43,607 bases of DNA from NCBI GenBank assembly GCA_937965665.1, contig CALCJE010000403.1, positions 1 through 43,607 on the forward strand, given 5' to 3'. The notes under the pieces are model-generated. The model had not been told where the DNA came from, ran no database searches, and was given only the letters and a program-made list of their open reading frames with translations. The stretch comes from an uncultured Bacteroidales bacterium. GTDB lineage: Bacteria > Bacteroidota > Bacteroidia > Bacteroidales > UBA4417. Made by a program: the position numbers and the translations under genes. This document shows positions 17,639 through 26,730 of the stretch, piece after piece (positions within the stretch are counted from its first letter, which is position 1; the number at the start of each line of letters is the position of its first letter).

Positions 17639-20600
17639 TTAATCGTTAACAACAATCATCTTGTTCGATTTTCTTCTTTTGAGCCTGATTTTCATTTCGT
17701 AGGCAATGATATACATGGCCGGAACAAATATCAGGGTGAGGAAAGTAGCAAAGCTGAGCCCGAAGATGATAGTCCACGAAAGCGGGCCCCAGAACATCAC
17801 ATTATCGCCCCCGATATGGATTTGCGGATCCAGGTGCGTAAACAGGGTTTCGAAATTGAGGTTAAACCCGATGGCCAGTGGCACCAGCCCAAGAATAGTG
17901 GCGGTGGCGGTAAGGATAACAGGCGTAATACGTGTTCTGCCCGCCTGAATAATGGCTTCCCGTGTTTTCAGACCGCGTTCTTTCAGGGTATCGATAAACT
18001 CCACAATCAGAATTCCGTTTCGCACCACAATACCTCCCAGCGCCACAATGCCTAACCCGGTCATAATGATTGAGATCGACATATTGAATATCACAATACC
18101 CAGGAGCACGCCAATTACGCTGAAGATTACTTCGCTGAGGATGATGACTGTTTTGCTGAGCGAATTAAACTGGGTGATGAGGATGAAGAAGATAAGCCCG
18201 ATGGCAATAAGCATGGCTTTACCCAGGAAAGCCGAGGTTTCGGCCTGGTCTTCCTGCTCACCGGTTAATTTTATCTGAACACCTTCGTGCAATGGGTAAT
18301 CAGCTGCAAGTTTACGTACCTGTGCCACAATTTCATTGGCTGTATAGCCCGACAACACACCACTCGAAAGGGTAATGATCCGTTTCAGGTTCTGTCGTTT
18401 AATGCCACCATACGAATCAACATATTCTATTTTTGCTATCGACGACAACGGAATTTGCCTTAGCAAACCTGAATTCATGTCGCGGTAAGTAATCTTGAGG
18501 TTGATCAGGTTGTTGATATTGGCACGGGTATCGAGAGAGTAACGAAGCTGTATGGGGTATTCATCCTCATCCACCTTGTATTTCGAAACTTCCTTACCCA
18601 ACACGGCAGTACGTATTTCGGAAGCTATCTGCCCTGTGCTGATTCCCTCGTGGTTAGCTCTTTCGCGATCGATATTGATGGCGATCTCGGGTTTATTTTC
18701 CTGGAAATCGCTTTTCAGGTCTTCGATGCCCGGTATTTGCAGCGAATCGAGATAATTTTTAAACGAGGCTGCATCAGCAATAAGTTCTGGCAGGTTTTCG
18801 CCGGTAATTTCAATATTAATCGGCTTTCCGGTAGGTGGTCCTGAGCGGTTTTTATCAGCCGAAATTTCAGCGCCAGGAATGCCTTTAATCTCTTGCCTGA
18901 TTTTATCAAGATATTCAATTGTATTAATACCTACCCTGTTTTTGTACTCTACAAAGTTCACGGTTACTTTTCCTTTTTCGGAAGCAAGGTTACGGCTGAA
19001 GTCCATTGCGTCGCCGGCACCCAGGGCAATATTGGTAATAATTGACTCAACATCAGGATTATTTTTTCCGAGTACTTTAACAACACGCTGTTCTACAATT
19101 TTTGTAATTGAGTCGGTAACCCGCTGATCAGTTCCAACTGGCATTTTTACCATTACGTTGATAGCATTTGGCATGTTATCGGGAAAGAACAATACTTTCG
19201 GGCTGCGTATACCGGTAGCAATGAATGTAATGAAAAACAATGCAACAACCGAAATTAACAGGTACCATGGATTGTTGCCTTTGATAAAAAACCGGAGTTG
19301 TTTTTCGTACATATGCATAAACCATGGCCATGCCTTTTCCTGCCACCATTTAATATATGGGTTGAGCGCGGTATGGAAAAACAGGATCATAATCGCAGCA
19401 AATACCATAAAATTGCCGATACCGAAAGCAACTTCACTGTGACTAATTGCATAGGCCGTGTAAAAAATCAGGGACAGGCCTAATGCGATACCGATTTCGA
19501 GGATTATCCGCTTACGGGTTTTGCTCTTATCAGGTGTATCGTACTCGTGTTTCATAAACGAAACTGCAAACACGGGGTTAATGATATAGGCAACAAACAA
19601 GGAAGCAAAGAGCGTAAGAATAAGGGTAACCGGGATATAAAACATGAACTTGCCCACAATGCCCGGCCAGAACGCCAGCGGGAAGAATGGAGCCAGCGTG
19701 GTGAGCGTACCTGATAAAATGGGCAGGAACACCTCCCCGGCTGCCTGCTTGGCTGCCAGAATAATGTTGGGTTGTTTCTGGTGCGCGCGGTGAATATTTT
19801 CAATAACCACAATGGCATCATCCACCACAATTCCTAATGCAAATATTAATCCGAACATCACAATCATGTTCATGGTAAAACCCAGGGCAGGCATAACAAG
19901 GAAAGCAATTGCCATTGAGAGAGGCACAGCCAGACCCACAAAAAACGCATTGGTGAATCCCATGAAGAACATCAGTACGAGGGTAACCAGTATCATACCA
20001 ATAATAATGGTATTGTTGAGTTCCTCCAGCGTGTTACGTGTATAGCGCGATTGCTCCCCGGTGAGCGTAACCTTGAGGTCCTTTGGAAATTCCTTGTTTA
20101 CCAGGTCTTTCGAAAGGATTTCCTTGATCTTATCTGATGCTTCGAGCAGGTTTTTACCGCTTTTCTTAACAACATTGAGTGTAATTACGTTTTCGCCATT
20201 TAATCGCGAAAAGCTTTCCTGCTCTTTGAATGTATCCTTAACTTCGGCTATATCTTTCAGGTAAACAGAAGCCCCGCTGGCTGATTTAATGATAATATTG
20301 TTCATTACATCCAGGTCTTTAAACTGACCCTGTACACGGATGGAACGTTTCATGCCAAAGGTGGAAATGTTGCCGGCTGAAATAGTAAGGTTTTCGGCAG
20401 CAATGGCGCGATCGATGTCGGTGAGTGTTACACTGGCCGCCTGCGCCTTATACATATCCACATTGATCTGTATTTCGCGTTCGAGTGCCCCGACAATATC
20501 AACGCGTGTAATTTCATTGAGCGACTCAATACGATCCTGGGCCATATCGGCATATTTCTTCAGCTGGTCGAGGTCGTAGTTACCCGATATCTGGATGTAC

Positions 20601-21043
20601 ATGATCGGTATCTCCGAGAAATCGATATCCATAACACTCGGATCGCTCAACAGGTTATTCGGCAAGTCCGATTTGCTTTTATCAACCGCATCTTTCACCC
20701 GCTGTTTTGCCTCAGGCACAGCCACATCAGTATTAAACTCAATGGCAATGCTTGAAAAATCCTGCAGCGAGTTGCTGGTAATTTTCTTCACACCGGCTAT
20801 ACCTTTCAATTGTTTTTCAATCGGCCGGGTCACCAGGTTTTCCATATCTTCGGGAGAAGTACCCAGGTAAACTGTATTTACCAGAATGGTAGGTATTACT
20901 ATTTCGGGAAACTGTTCCTTGGGAATGCTGCGATAGCTGCTGATGCCCAGCAGGGTAATAAACACCGCCAGCACATAAATACTGGTCTTGTTATCAATAG
21001 CCCAGCTTGTCGCAAAAAATTCTTTGAAATTATTTTTCTTCAT
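17639..21043 (-). CDS. RND efflux transporter permease (AcrB/HAE1-like) with an enlarged central cytoplasmic/TM region
   Basis: 1134 aa. N-terminal TM1, then a large periplasmic domain. VVDDAIVVIENI (TM4 proton-relay DD) and a second-half GIVVRNGILIVEF motif. Operon context with MFP and TolC. Confidence 0.9.
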   Translation of the reverse strand: MKKNNFKEFFATSWAIDNKTSIYVLAVFITLLGISSYRSIPKEQFPEIVIPTILVNTVYLGTSPEDMENLVTRPIEKQLKGIAGVKKITSNSLQDFSSIAIEFNTDVAVPEAKQRVKDAVDKSKSDLPNNLLSDPSVMDIDFSEIPIMYIQISGNYDLDQLKKYADMAQDRIESLNEITRVDIVGALEREIQINVDMYKAQAASVTLTDIDRAIAAENLTISAGNISTFGMKRSIRVQGQFKDLDVMNNIIIKSASGASVYLKDIAEVKDTFKEQESFSRLNGENVITLNVVKKSGKNLLEASDKIKEILSKDLVNKEFPKDLKVTLTGEQSRYTRNTLEELNNTIIIGMILVTLVLMFFMGFTNAFFVGLAVPLSMAIAFLVMPALGFTMNMIVMFGLIFALGIVVDDAIVVIENIHRAHQKQPNIILAAKQAAGEVFLPILSGTLTTLAPFFPLAFWPGIVGKFMFYIPVTLILTLFASLFVAYIINPVFAVSFMKHEYDTPDKSKTRKRIILEIGIALGLSLIFYTAYAISHSEVAFGIGNFMVFAAIMILFFHTALNPYIKWWQEKAWPWFMHMYEKQLRFFIKGNNPWYLLISVVALFFITFIATGIRSPKVLFFPDNMPNAINVMVKMPVGTDQRVTDSITKIVEQRVVKVLGKNNPDVESIITNIALGAGDAMDFSRNLASEKGKVTVNFVEYKNRVGINTIEYLDKIRQEIKGIPGAEISADKNRSGPPTGKPINIEITGENLPELIADAASFKNYLDSLQIPGIEDLKSDFQENKPEIAINIDRERANHEGISTGQIASEIRTAVLGKEVSKYKVDEDEYPIQLRYSLDTRANINNLINLKITYRDMNSGLLRQIPLSSIAKIEYVDSYGGIKRQNLKRIITLSSGVLSGYTANEIVAQVRKLAADYPLHEGVQIKLTGEQEDQAETSAFLGKAMLIAIGLIFFILITQFNSLSKTVIILSEVIFSVIGVLLGIVIFNMSISIIMTGLGIVALGGIVVRNGILIVEFIDTLKERGLKTREAIIQAGRTRITPVILTATATILGLVPLAIGFNLNFETLFTHLDPQIHIGGDNVMFWGPLSWTIIFGLSFATFLTLIFVPAMYIIAYEMKIRLKRRKSNKMIVVND

Positions 21044-21088
21044 AATTCACGTATAAATTGATTAAAAAAGGAAAGCTATCCGGTACTG

Positions 21089-22213
21089 TTAGTTTGCCTG
21101 GATAAGCTCACCATCAATAAGGCTATTGAAACCGGTGGTAATTATCTTGTCGCCGGCAGTGAGCCCTGCTGTAATTTCGGCCAGGCCATTGTAAGTGCTG
21201 CCAACCGTTACAGGAAGCCTGCGGGCAACCAGTTTACCGTTTTCCTGTTTGGCTACATAGATATATTTGCCTTCGGAGGTTTCGCGAACCAAAGTAACCG
21301 GGATTGTAAATGCTGATGGATTGTGATAATCGTTAATACGGACAACGGCCATCATATTGGCCCGGTATTGCACACTGCTGGGTCCAAGACGAACCTCGCT
21401 AACGAAGGTGCGGTTTACAGGATTGATGTATTTACTGGTAAACCTGATGGTTGAATTTACTTCGGTATTAAAATCGGGGAAGAAAACGATTACCTTGTTA
21501 CCGGGTTTAATTTTTGGAGCATAAGCTTCGGCTATTTCGGCAACAACCTTCACCGACGAGAAGTTTACCACGCGAACGGCAGGAAGCCCGGGTGATGCCA
21601 TCTGGCCCACTTTAAGGTTAACCTCTTCAACACTTCCGTTTATCGGTGATTTAATGCGGGTCATTTCGAGCTGATCGTTGAGGGTAGCCAGCGCTTTTTC
21701 AAGATTTTCCTTGTTGTTTTTTGCTGTTAAATATTGAACTTCACTTCCTATCTGCTTGTCCCACAACGCTTTTTGTTTATTATACAGATTGGTAGCAAAA
21801 TCGAGTTGCTGTTTTGTGCTGGCAATTTGCTGCTGCATTACGCTGTTATCTATTTGGGCCAGGGTTTGTCCTTTACGTACAGCATCGCCTTCTTTTACAT
21901 ACACAGCTGTAATGGCACCGGCCATCTGGGCCGAAACTGCAATATTATCTTCGCCGTCTACTTTGCCCTGCACTTCGAGGTAATGATCAAAAGGTTGAAT
22001 CTTGGCTTCGGTGAGCGAAACCGAAGTAACCTTTGCTGAGGTGGTCGAATCACCCATTTTAAGCTCCGATTCAAGCTGTTTGATTTTAACAGTCAGTTCG
22101 TCATGCTGTTTTTTAAGTTTGGCAAGTTCTGCTTTTTTGTCGACGCTACTGCCACAGGCTGCCGCGAATACTACCAGCGCCACGAAAATTATTGCTTGGG
22201 TTAATGTTTTCAT
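21089..22213 (-). CDS. RND efflux periplasmic adaptor (membrane fusion protein)
   Basis: 374 aa. Lipobox VFAAAC, coiled-coil hairpin and a barrel-sandwich (G.V..V.VKEGD.V.KGQ.LA.ID) typical of HlyD_D23/MFP. Confidence 0.85.
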   Translation of the reverse strand: MKTLTQAIIFVALVVFAAACGSSVDKKAELAKLKKQHDELTVKIKQLESELKMGDSTTSAKVTSVSLTEAKIQPFDHYLEVQGKVDGEDNIAVSAQMAGAITAVYVKEGDAVRKGQTLAQIDNSVMQQQIASTKQQLDFATNLYNKQKALWDKQIGSEVQYLTAKNNKENLEKALATLNDQLEMTRIKSPINGSVEEVNLKVGQMASPGLPAVRVVNFSSVKVVAEIAEAYAPKIKPGNKVIVFFPDFNTEVNSTIRFTSKYINPVNRTFVSEVRLGPSSVQYRANMMAVVRINDYHNPSAFTIPVTLVRETSEGKYIYVAKQENGKLVARRLPVTVGSTYNGLAEITAGLTAGDKIITTGFNSLIDGELIQAN

Positions 22214-22232
22214 TGTATGTTGAAATTTTGAT

Positions 22233-23654
22233 TTACAGGTTATTGTTTAATTTATCGAGTTTATTTTTGGCTGAAATCAGCGAAAGCATTGAGTTATACA
22301 TGTTGCTTTGGGCTGTGAGATATTGATTCAGAAATTCAGTTATATCCCTGCTGCTTGCCAAACCTTCTCTGAATTTGATCAGTGATTTGTCATAAATCCT
22401 TTTGGTAAGTTCAATGTTCTTTTTATCGTTCAGATATTTTTCATAAGCCGTTGTAAGTTCATTACGGGTATTGATATATTGAAGTTGCAAGCCATTTGCC
22501 AGGTTTTCCTTGGTGTTGACTAACTTTTGCAACTCAAGTTTCCGCTGCTGAACTTTACTGTTCCGCATTCCGCTCGAAGCTATCGGGATATTCATTGCAA
22601 CCTGGATCACGTCCTTCGGATTAAAATTGAACGCGGGTTGGTTCATCATTTCCTCATGCCTGTAAACGGCTGCCACATTAGGCAGATAGGTACTTTTCTC
22701 TCTTTTCAGATTTAATTTGCTGATTTCTTCAGACGTCAAAAGAATCTGGTAGTCGAGATTGTTATTAATATTAAACTGTGTACCAATGAGGGTTTCAAGA
22801 TTAACCGCATTTGATATGCTCTCCAGGTTATCAGACAGAATCACCTTATCCGTAAACGGCATCCCTAACTGCAACTTGAGTAAATCATAAGTGGCATCTA
22901 TCTGACGACTCATCGAACTTACCGCATTTTTAAGCGTGAGACTAATAAGTTCGATCTGGTCAACATCGGTGTTTTCGACCAAGCCTTGTTTATACATTTC
23001 CTGCATTTCTGCAAGAGTTTTACTCGTGTTTTCGAGTGATTGCGTAAGCACAAGCCTGGTTTGTTCGAAAACAAGAGCCATAGCATAAGTATTGGCAATA
23101 CCTTCTTTTAGGTCAATCTCAGTCTTCTGCCGGTTTTGATCGGTCATGGTATAGAACACTTTTGTAGCCTGTAAACCAACAAGATACTCTCCGCTGAAAA
23201 TTAATTGCGATACGGTAAAATTGAATGTGGTATTATTTTTTACGCCCAGCTGGATGGGGGTTCCCGCCACATTATTCAAATGGATTTTTTCGCCGCTGTT
23301 GAGTTCAACAGTACTTGTGGTCCCCAAGCCTGTGTTCATATCAATAGGAACATACTGTTCAGATAAAATCGTATTCGGGAATGACATCACTGGAACGGTA
23401 AAAAGATGGGTGTAATTAGCCTGGGCATTAATTTGTGGAAGCCCAATGGCAGTGGTCTCCCAGATTTTCTTTTTCGCTATTTCCATATCCAGTGCCGAGT
23501 TTTTTGCATTGGCATTGTTTTTAATGGCGTAATCCTGAGCCTGTTTCAGGCTCAGCGAGGTAGTAACGGGCTGGTTATCCTGGGAAACAGCTTTGCCTGC
23601 AAAGGCAAAAACCAGAAGTACGACCCACATTGAAGAAATGATGCGTAATTTCAT
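22233..23654 (-). CDS. TolC-family outer membrane efflux protein
   Basis: 473 aa. Signal peptide and two OEP repeats (LSLKQAQDYAIKNN ... LDYQIL ... L.AQSN). Lies upstream of MFP and RND. Confidence 0.8.
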   Translation of the reverse strand: MKLRIISSMWVVLLVFAFAGKAVSQDNQPVTTSLSLKQAQDYAIKNNANAKNSALDMEIAKKKIWETTAIGLPQINAQANYTHLFTVPVMSFPNTILSEQYVPIDMNTGLGTTSTVELNSGEKIHLNNVAGTPIQLGVKNNTTFNFTVSQLIFSGEYLVGLQATKVFYTMTDQNRQKTEIDLKEGIANTYAMALVFEQTRLVLTQSLENTSKTLAEMQEMYKQGLVENTDVDQIELISLTLKNAVSSMSRQIDATYDLLKLQLGMPFTDKVILSDNLESISNAVNLETLIGTQFNINNNLDYQILLTSEEISKLNLKREKSTYLPNVAAVYRHEEMMNQPAFNFNPKDVIQVAMNIPIASSGMRNSKVQQRKLELQKLVNTKENLANGLQLQYINTRNELTTAYEKYLNDKKNIELTKRIYDKSLIKFREGLASSRDITEFLNQYLTAQSNMYNSMLSLISAKNKLDKLNNNL

Positions 23655-23657
23655 AAA

Positions 23658-24278
23658 TCAGATATTGTTATTAGTCAGTTTTATTTGTTTTTCGTAATAT
23701 GCCAGCCCTTCGGCATTGGCAATTCCACGGATATGGTTATCGAACATAACCTGGAATACTTTTTCAAACCCAAAATTTACCGAGGCCAGGAAATCTGCAT
23801 CGTGTACATCGACCAGTTTCTGTATATAGAGCCTTGCTACCAGATCAACATCCAGATCGGTACGGTAAATCCCTTCCGAGATCCCCTGGATGAAATTCTG
23901 TTTTACCTGTTCAAAAACATGGTCGCGCTTGCGGCTCACAAATTCACGGTAAATGGATGGGTAATATTTTTGCAGTTCGAAAGCATTAATCGGGTTCATG
24001 TCCTTCATTTGCTCACTTACATTTCTGCTGACAGCCAGGAGAATATCAATCGCATTCATGCTTTTTAATTCTTCGCCAATGCATGGTATCCGATCCTTTT
24101 CATGCATATAGTTCAGTACTTTTTCAATCAGGTCGGTCTTATTGGCGAAATACTGGTAGATAGTTTTTTTCGACATGCCTAACTCCTTCGAAACATCATC
24201 CATCGATACACTGCGAATCCCGTTTTTCTTGAACAGCCGTAAACTTTCAGAAAGTATTCGATCAACTTTTTCGTCCAT
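23658..24278 (-). CDS. TetR/AcrR family transcriptional regulator
   Basis: N-terminal HTH (GIRSVSMDDVSKELGMSKKTIYQYFANKTDL). Start moved to Met21 (MDEKV, ATG at 24278) because the -7 box at 24298-24305 lies inside the longer ORF. Confidence 0.85.
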   Translation of the reverse strand: MDEKVDRILSESLRLFKKNGIRSVSMDDVSKELGMSKKTIYQYFANKTDLIEKVLNYMHEKDRIPCIGEELKSMNAIDILLAVSRNVSEQMKDMNPINAFELQKYYPSIYREFVSRKRDHVFEQVKQNFIQGISEGIYRTDLDVDLVARLYIQKLVDVHDADFLASVNFGFEKVFQVMFDNHIRGIANAEGLAYYEKQIKLTNNNI

Positions 24279-24297
24279 TTTGATATTTTTTGGGGAG

Positions 24298-24305
24298 CAA
24301 AAGTA
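24298..24305 (-). promoter_or_regulatory. -7 promoter box (TActTTTG on the minus strand) of the TetR-efflux operon
   Basis: Plus strand reads caaaagta, 19 nt upstream of the ATG at 24278. Confidence 0.5.
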
Positions 24306-24319
24306 AACAATTTTGAAAC

Positions 24320-24351
24320 ATGGAAACGTTTTAATCATAAATTGTTTCCAT
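24320..24351. promoter_or_regulatory. Inverted repeat ATGGAAAC-N16-GTTTCCAT, candidate TetR operator
   Basis: Perfect 8-bp arms immediately upstream of the -7 box. Extra GAAAC copies at 24315-24319 and 24372-24376, and a GTTTATAAAC palindrome at 24362-24371. Confidence 0.4.
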
Positions 24352-24706
24352 CATTCGAATTGTTTATAAACGAAACTACAGCATTTTTGTTCTGCAAAAT
24401 TCAAAATTGTGCAGGCTTTATGCAACTTAAAACCGATGAATGCCGGGTTTTAACCGGTAAACGGGCATTTTGAATACATAAGAAAGCTATTGATGTATTG
24501 ACACCGTATGTGCCTGCATGTTGGCTTTTACACTTTCGCGCAGTGAGGTGCCTGAACCTGGGGCAGTTTTAAAATGACTTTAGAAACCTGCATTCAAACC
24601 TGATTGTGCAGGGATTACTGAAATATCCACAGGGCACATTTTAATATGCACAGCTTCGCCATGCCGGATAAAATCGGTAAGCATTATGCCTGGAAATCAG
24701 CTAAAA

Positions 24707-26320
24707 CTAAATGGCTGATTTTCGTTTGCGAAATGAAAGATACATTGTGAATGACGCGAACAGAGCTGCAACAGCAATAAAAAACCGGCCTATATAATCA
24801 CCATGTCGTACATAAAAAGTAATGGAATCGTTGGCATTAATTTTTTGCCGTATGGCTGCCGGGACCCAGTATTGGGTACGCTGCGATATATCCCCACGCT
24901 GGTTGATAAAACACGAAATTCCGGTATTTGCCGAACGGGCAATACTGCGGCGTGTTTCGATGGCCCTGATGGATGAAAATAACAAATGCTGACGGTGCCC
25001 GGCAGTGTTGCCCCACCAGCCGTCGTTGGTTATTACAAATATAATGTTGGCTCCGTTTTGTATAAAACGATTCATAAACTCTCCGTAAACCGACTCGTAG
25101 CAGATACAGGGCGCTACTTTAAGACCGTTGCGGATTATAAACGGGGTTTGATCGGGGTTTACACCCAGGCTGCCTGTGGTTCCGCCGAGATCGATGGCAA
25201 ATTTTTTCAGAAATGGAAAAACATTGAGGTACGGCATATTCTCGACACCCGGTGTAAGTTTCGATTTATGGTATTTCTGTAATGTATTGTCGTGAGCCAC
25301 ATACAAGGCTGTATTGTACGAATCATAGTATTGGTCGGCATCCCTGAATTTGCGCGCAGTTAAACTCAGTGGTTCACCCGGGGCAAATACCTTGCGCGAT
25401 GAAATACCGGTAATGATACTCATATGTGGGTATTTCTGGTTAAAGGCCCTAAGGCGCGCAATACTGGGCGAAAATTCAATCTGGTCCTCAAAAATATATT
25501 CCTGTATGGCACTTTCGGGAAACACCGCGAAATCAGCAGCACTGTCGGCTTTTTCGGCCGCAAGTGCCAGCATACGGTCGGTAACCACCATCGGGTCCAA
25601 CTCATATTGCTCGTTGTACGGATCGAGGTTTGGCTGCACCACCACCACATCCACCGGGTTAATTTTCTCGGTGTAACTATTGTACATGCTTAACGAAACA
25701 GCAATGGGAACAATGATAATAACGAAGGTAGCAGCCATGCGGACGGCAACGGTACGGCTGCAGGTTTTAAGCAGAATGCGGTCGCGCACAAAAAGGAACA
25801 GCAGGATATTTATCAGCATTATCCAGAGCGAACCGCCAAAGATACCTGTGTATTCGTACCACTGTATCCATTTGGGATAGGCCGCGAAACCATTACCCAG
25901 GTTCAGCCAGGGGAAATTCAGGTCCCAGCGCAGGTGAATAAATTCGGCGGTTAGCACATAAGCTGTCAGTGCAGTATAGGCAGCCCAGGTTCCTGAAATA
26001 CGGCGGTGCGTAACATGAAACAGGTAAAATGCACCACCCACCAGCGAAGTATTTACAAGTATGGTAGCTACAATGCCAACGGGGGTCGAAATAGCTACCC
26101 ACCAGGTAGTTAGCGATAACCAGGTTACAAAGGTCGTGATGATATAAGGCAAAAAGCCTGACGCATGATTCAGCTCCCGGTTTTTCCATTGCTCATACTC
26201 TACAATTAACAGTGGCACAAACCCGGCAAATAACAAAACCGGGAAACCACGCTCGGGCCAGCCAATGCTGAGCAGTAAACCTGAAAATAAAGAAAGCAGG
26301 AATTTATGAAACCGTTTCAT
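24707..26320 (-). CDS. lnt: Apolipoprotein N-acyltransferase
   Basis: 537 aa from Met8. An N-terminal polytopic domain is followed by a CN-hydrolase domain (VVVQPN, FPESA, ICYESVYGEF catalytic Cys). Start trimmed because the -7 box at 26339-26346 overlaps the first ATG of the longer ORF. Confidence 0.9.
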   Translation of the reverse strand: MKRFHKFLLSLFSGLLLSIGWPERGFPVLLFAGFVPLLIVEYEQWKNRELNHASGFLPYIITTFVTWLSLTTWWVAISTPVGIVATILVNTSLVGGAFYLFHVTHRRISGTWAAYTALTAYVLTAEFIHLRWDLNFPWLNLGNGFAAYPKWIQWYEYTGIFGGSLWIMLINILLFLFVRDRILLKTCSRTVAVRMAATFVIIIVPIAVSLSMYNSYTEKINPVDVVVVQPNLDPYNEQYELDPMVVTDRMLALAAEKADSAADFAVFPESAIQEYIFEDQIEFSPSIARLRAFNQKYPHMSIITGISSRKVFAPGEPLSLTARKFRDADQYYDSYNTALYVAHDNTLQKYHKSKLTPGVENMPYLNVFPFLKKFAIDLGGTTGSLGVNPDQTPFIIRNGLKVAPCICYESVYGEFMNRFIQNGANIIFVITNDGWWGNTAGHRQHLLFSSIRAIETRRSIARSANTGISCFINQRGDISQRTQYWVPAAIRQKINANDSITFYVRHGDYIGRFFIAVAALFASFTMYLSFRKRKSAI

Positions 26321-26338
26321 ACACTGTAAATAGGAACG

Positions 26339-26346
26339 CAAAGGTA
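26339..26346 (-). promoter_or_regulatory. -7 promoter box (TAccTTTG on the minus strand) for lnt
   Basis: Plus strand reads caaaggta, 18 nt upstream of the ATG at 26320. Confidence 0.45.
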
Positions 26347-26429
26347 ATGAATTGAGCGTATGTACATATGCCGGCTAATGGATCTTTTCGATGGCATCTG
26401 TTAATGGTGTTCGGTCAAAATATTATTAC

Positions 26430-26582
26430 GTCCCTGACGGGACTTTTGGAAAATTACAATTTGTTTTCTACCAACATCCTGTCCCTGACGGGACAGCCCC
26501 CTGTCTGCAACAGGCAGGCGTTAGGGGCTGGATATTGTTAGAATTATTTGTAACACCTAACACAGCAAAGTCCCGTAGGGAC
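26430..26582. repeat. Cluster of short GC-stem hairpin repeats (GTCCC-loop-GGGAC x3 plus a nested hairpin)
   Basis: GTCCCTGACGGGAC at 26430-26443 and 26481-26494. GTCCCGTAGGGAC at 26570-26582. AGCCCC(26495-26500)/GGGGCT(26524-26529) encloses CCTGT-CTGCA-ACAGG (26500-26514). Confidence 0.8.
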
Positions 26583-26676
26583 GATATATATCAGGCATTA
26601 TAGCGTTTTCTGTTTTATTTTACCCGTCAACAATGGGCATCTGTATTAAACCAATTCTTTGGCTTTAAACAGGCAT

Positions 26677-26708
26677 AAAAAAAGTGGCTACCATTTGTGG
26701 TAACCACT
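26677..26708 (-). terminator. Intrinsic terminator after the carboxyltransferase gene
   Basis: On the minus strand: AGTGGTTACCA-CAAA-TGGTAGCCACT (11-bp stem, one mismatch) followed by T7. It lies 22 nt past the stop at 26731. Confidence 0.7.
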
Positions 26709-26730
26709 TCTATCCAGTTTTTACGAGTTT

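Noticed and set aside
23658-24338. Longer N-terminal extensions offered by the ORF track for several genes: TetR (24338), lnt (26341), carboxyltransferase (28506), lipoprotein (37042), OMP (37730), paralogs (37767 and 39044), NodT (42732) and the small lipoprotein (35398).
   Set aside because: In each case an internal Met starts a typical signal peptide or conserved N-terminus. In addition, a TAnnTTTG box or the upstream gene lies inside the extension.
26430-26582. Considered as a miniature CRISPR array.
   Set aside because: The repeats are only 13-14 nt, the spacing is irregular (37 and 75 nt between copies), and no cas genes or leader are present. It is better described as a REP-like hairpin cluster.
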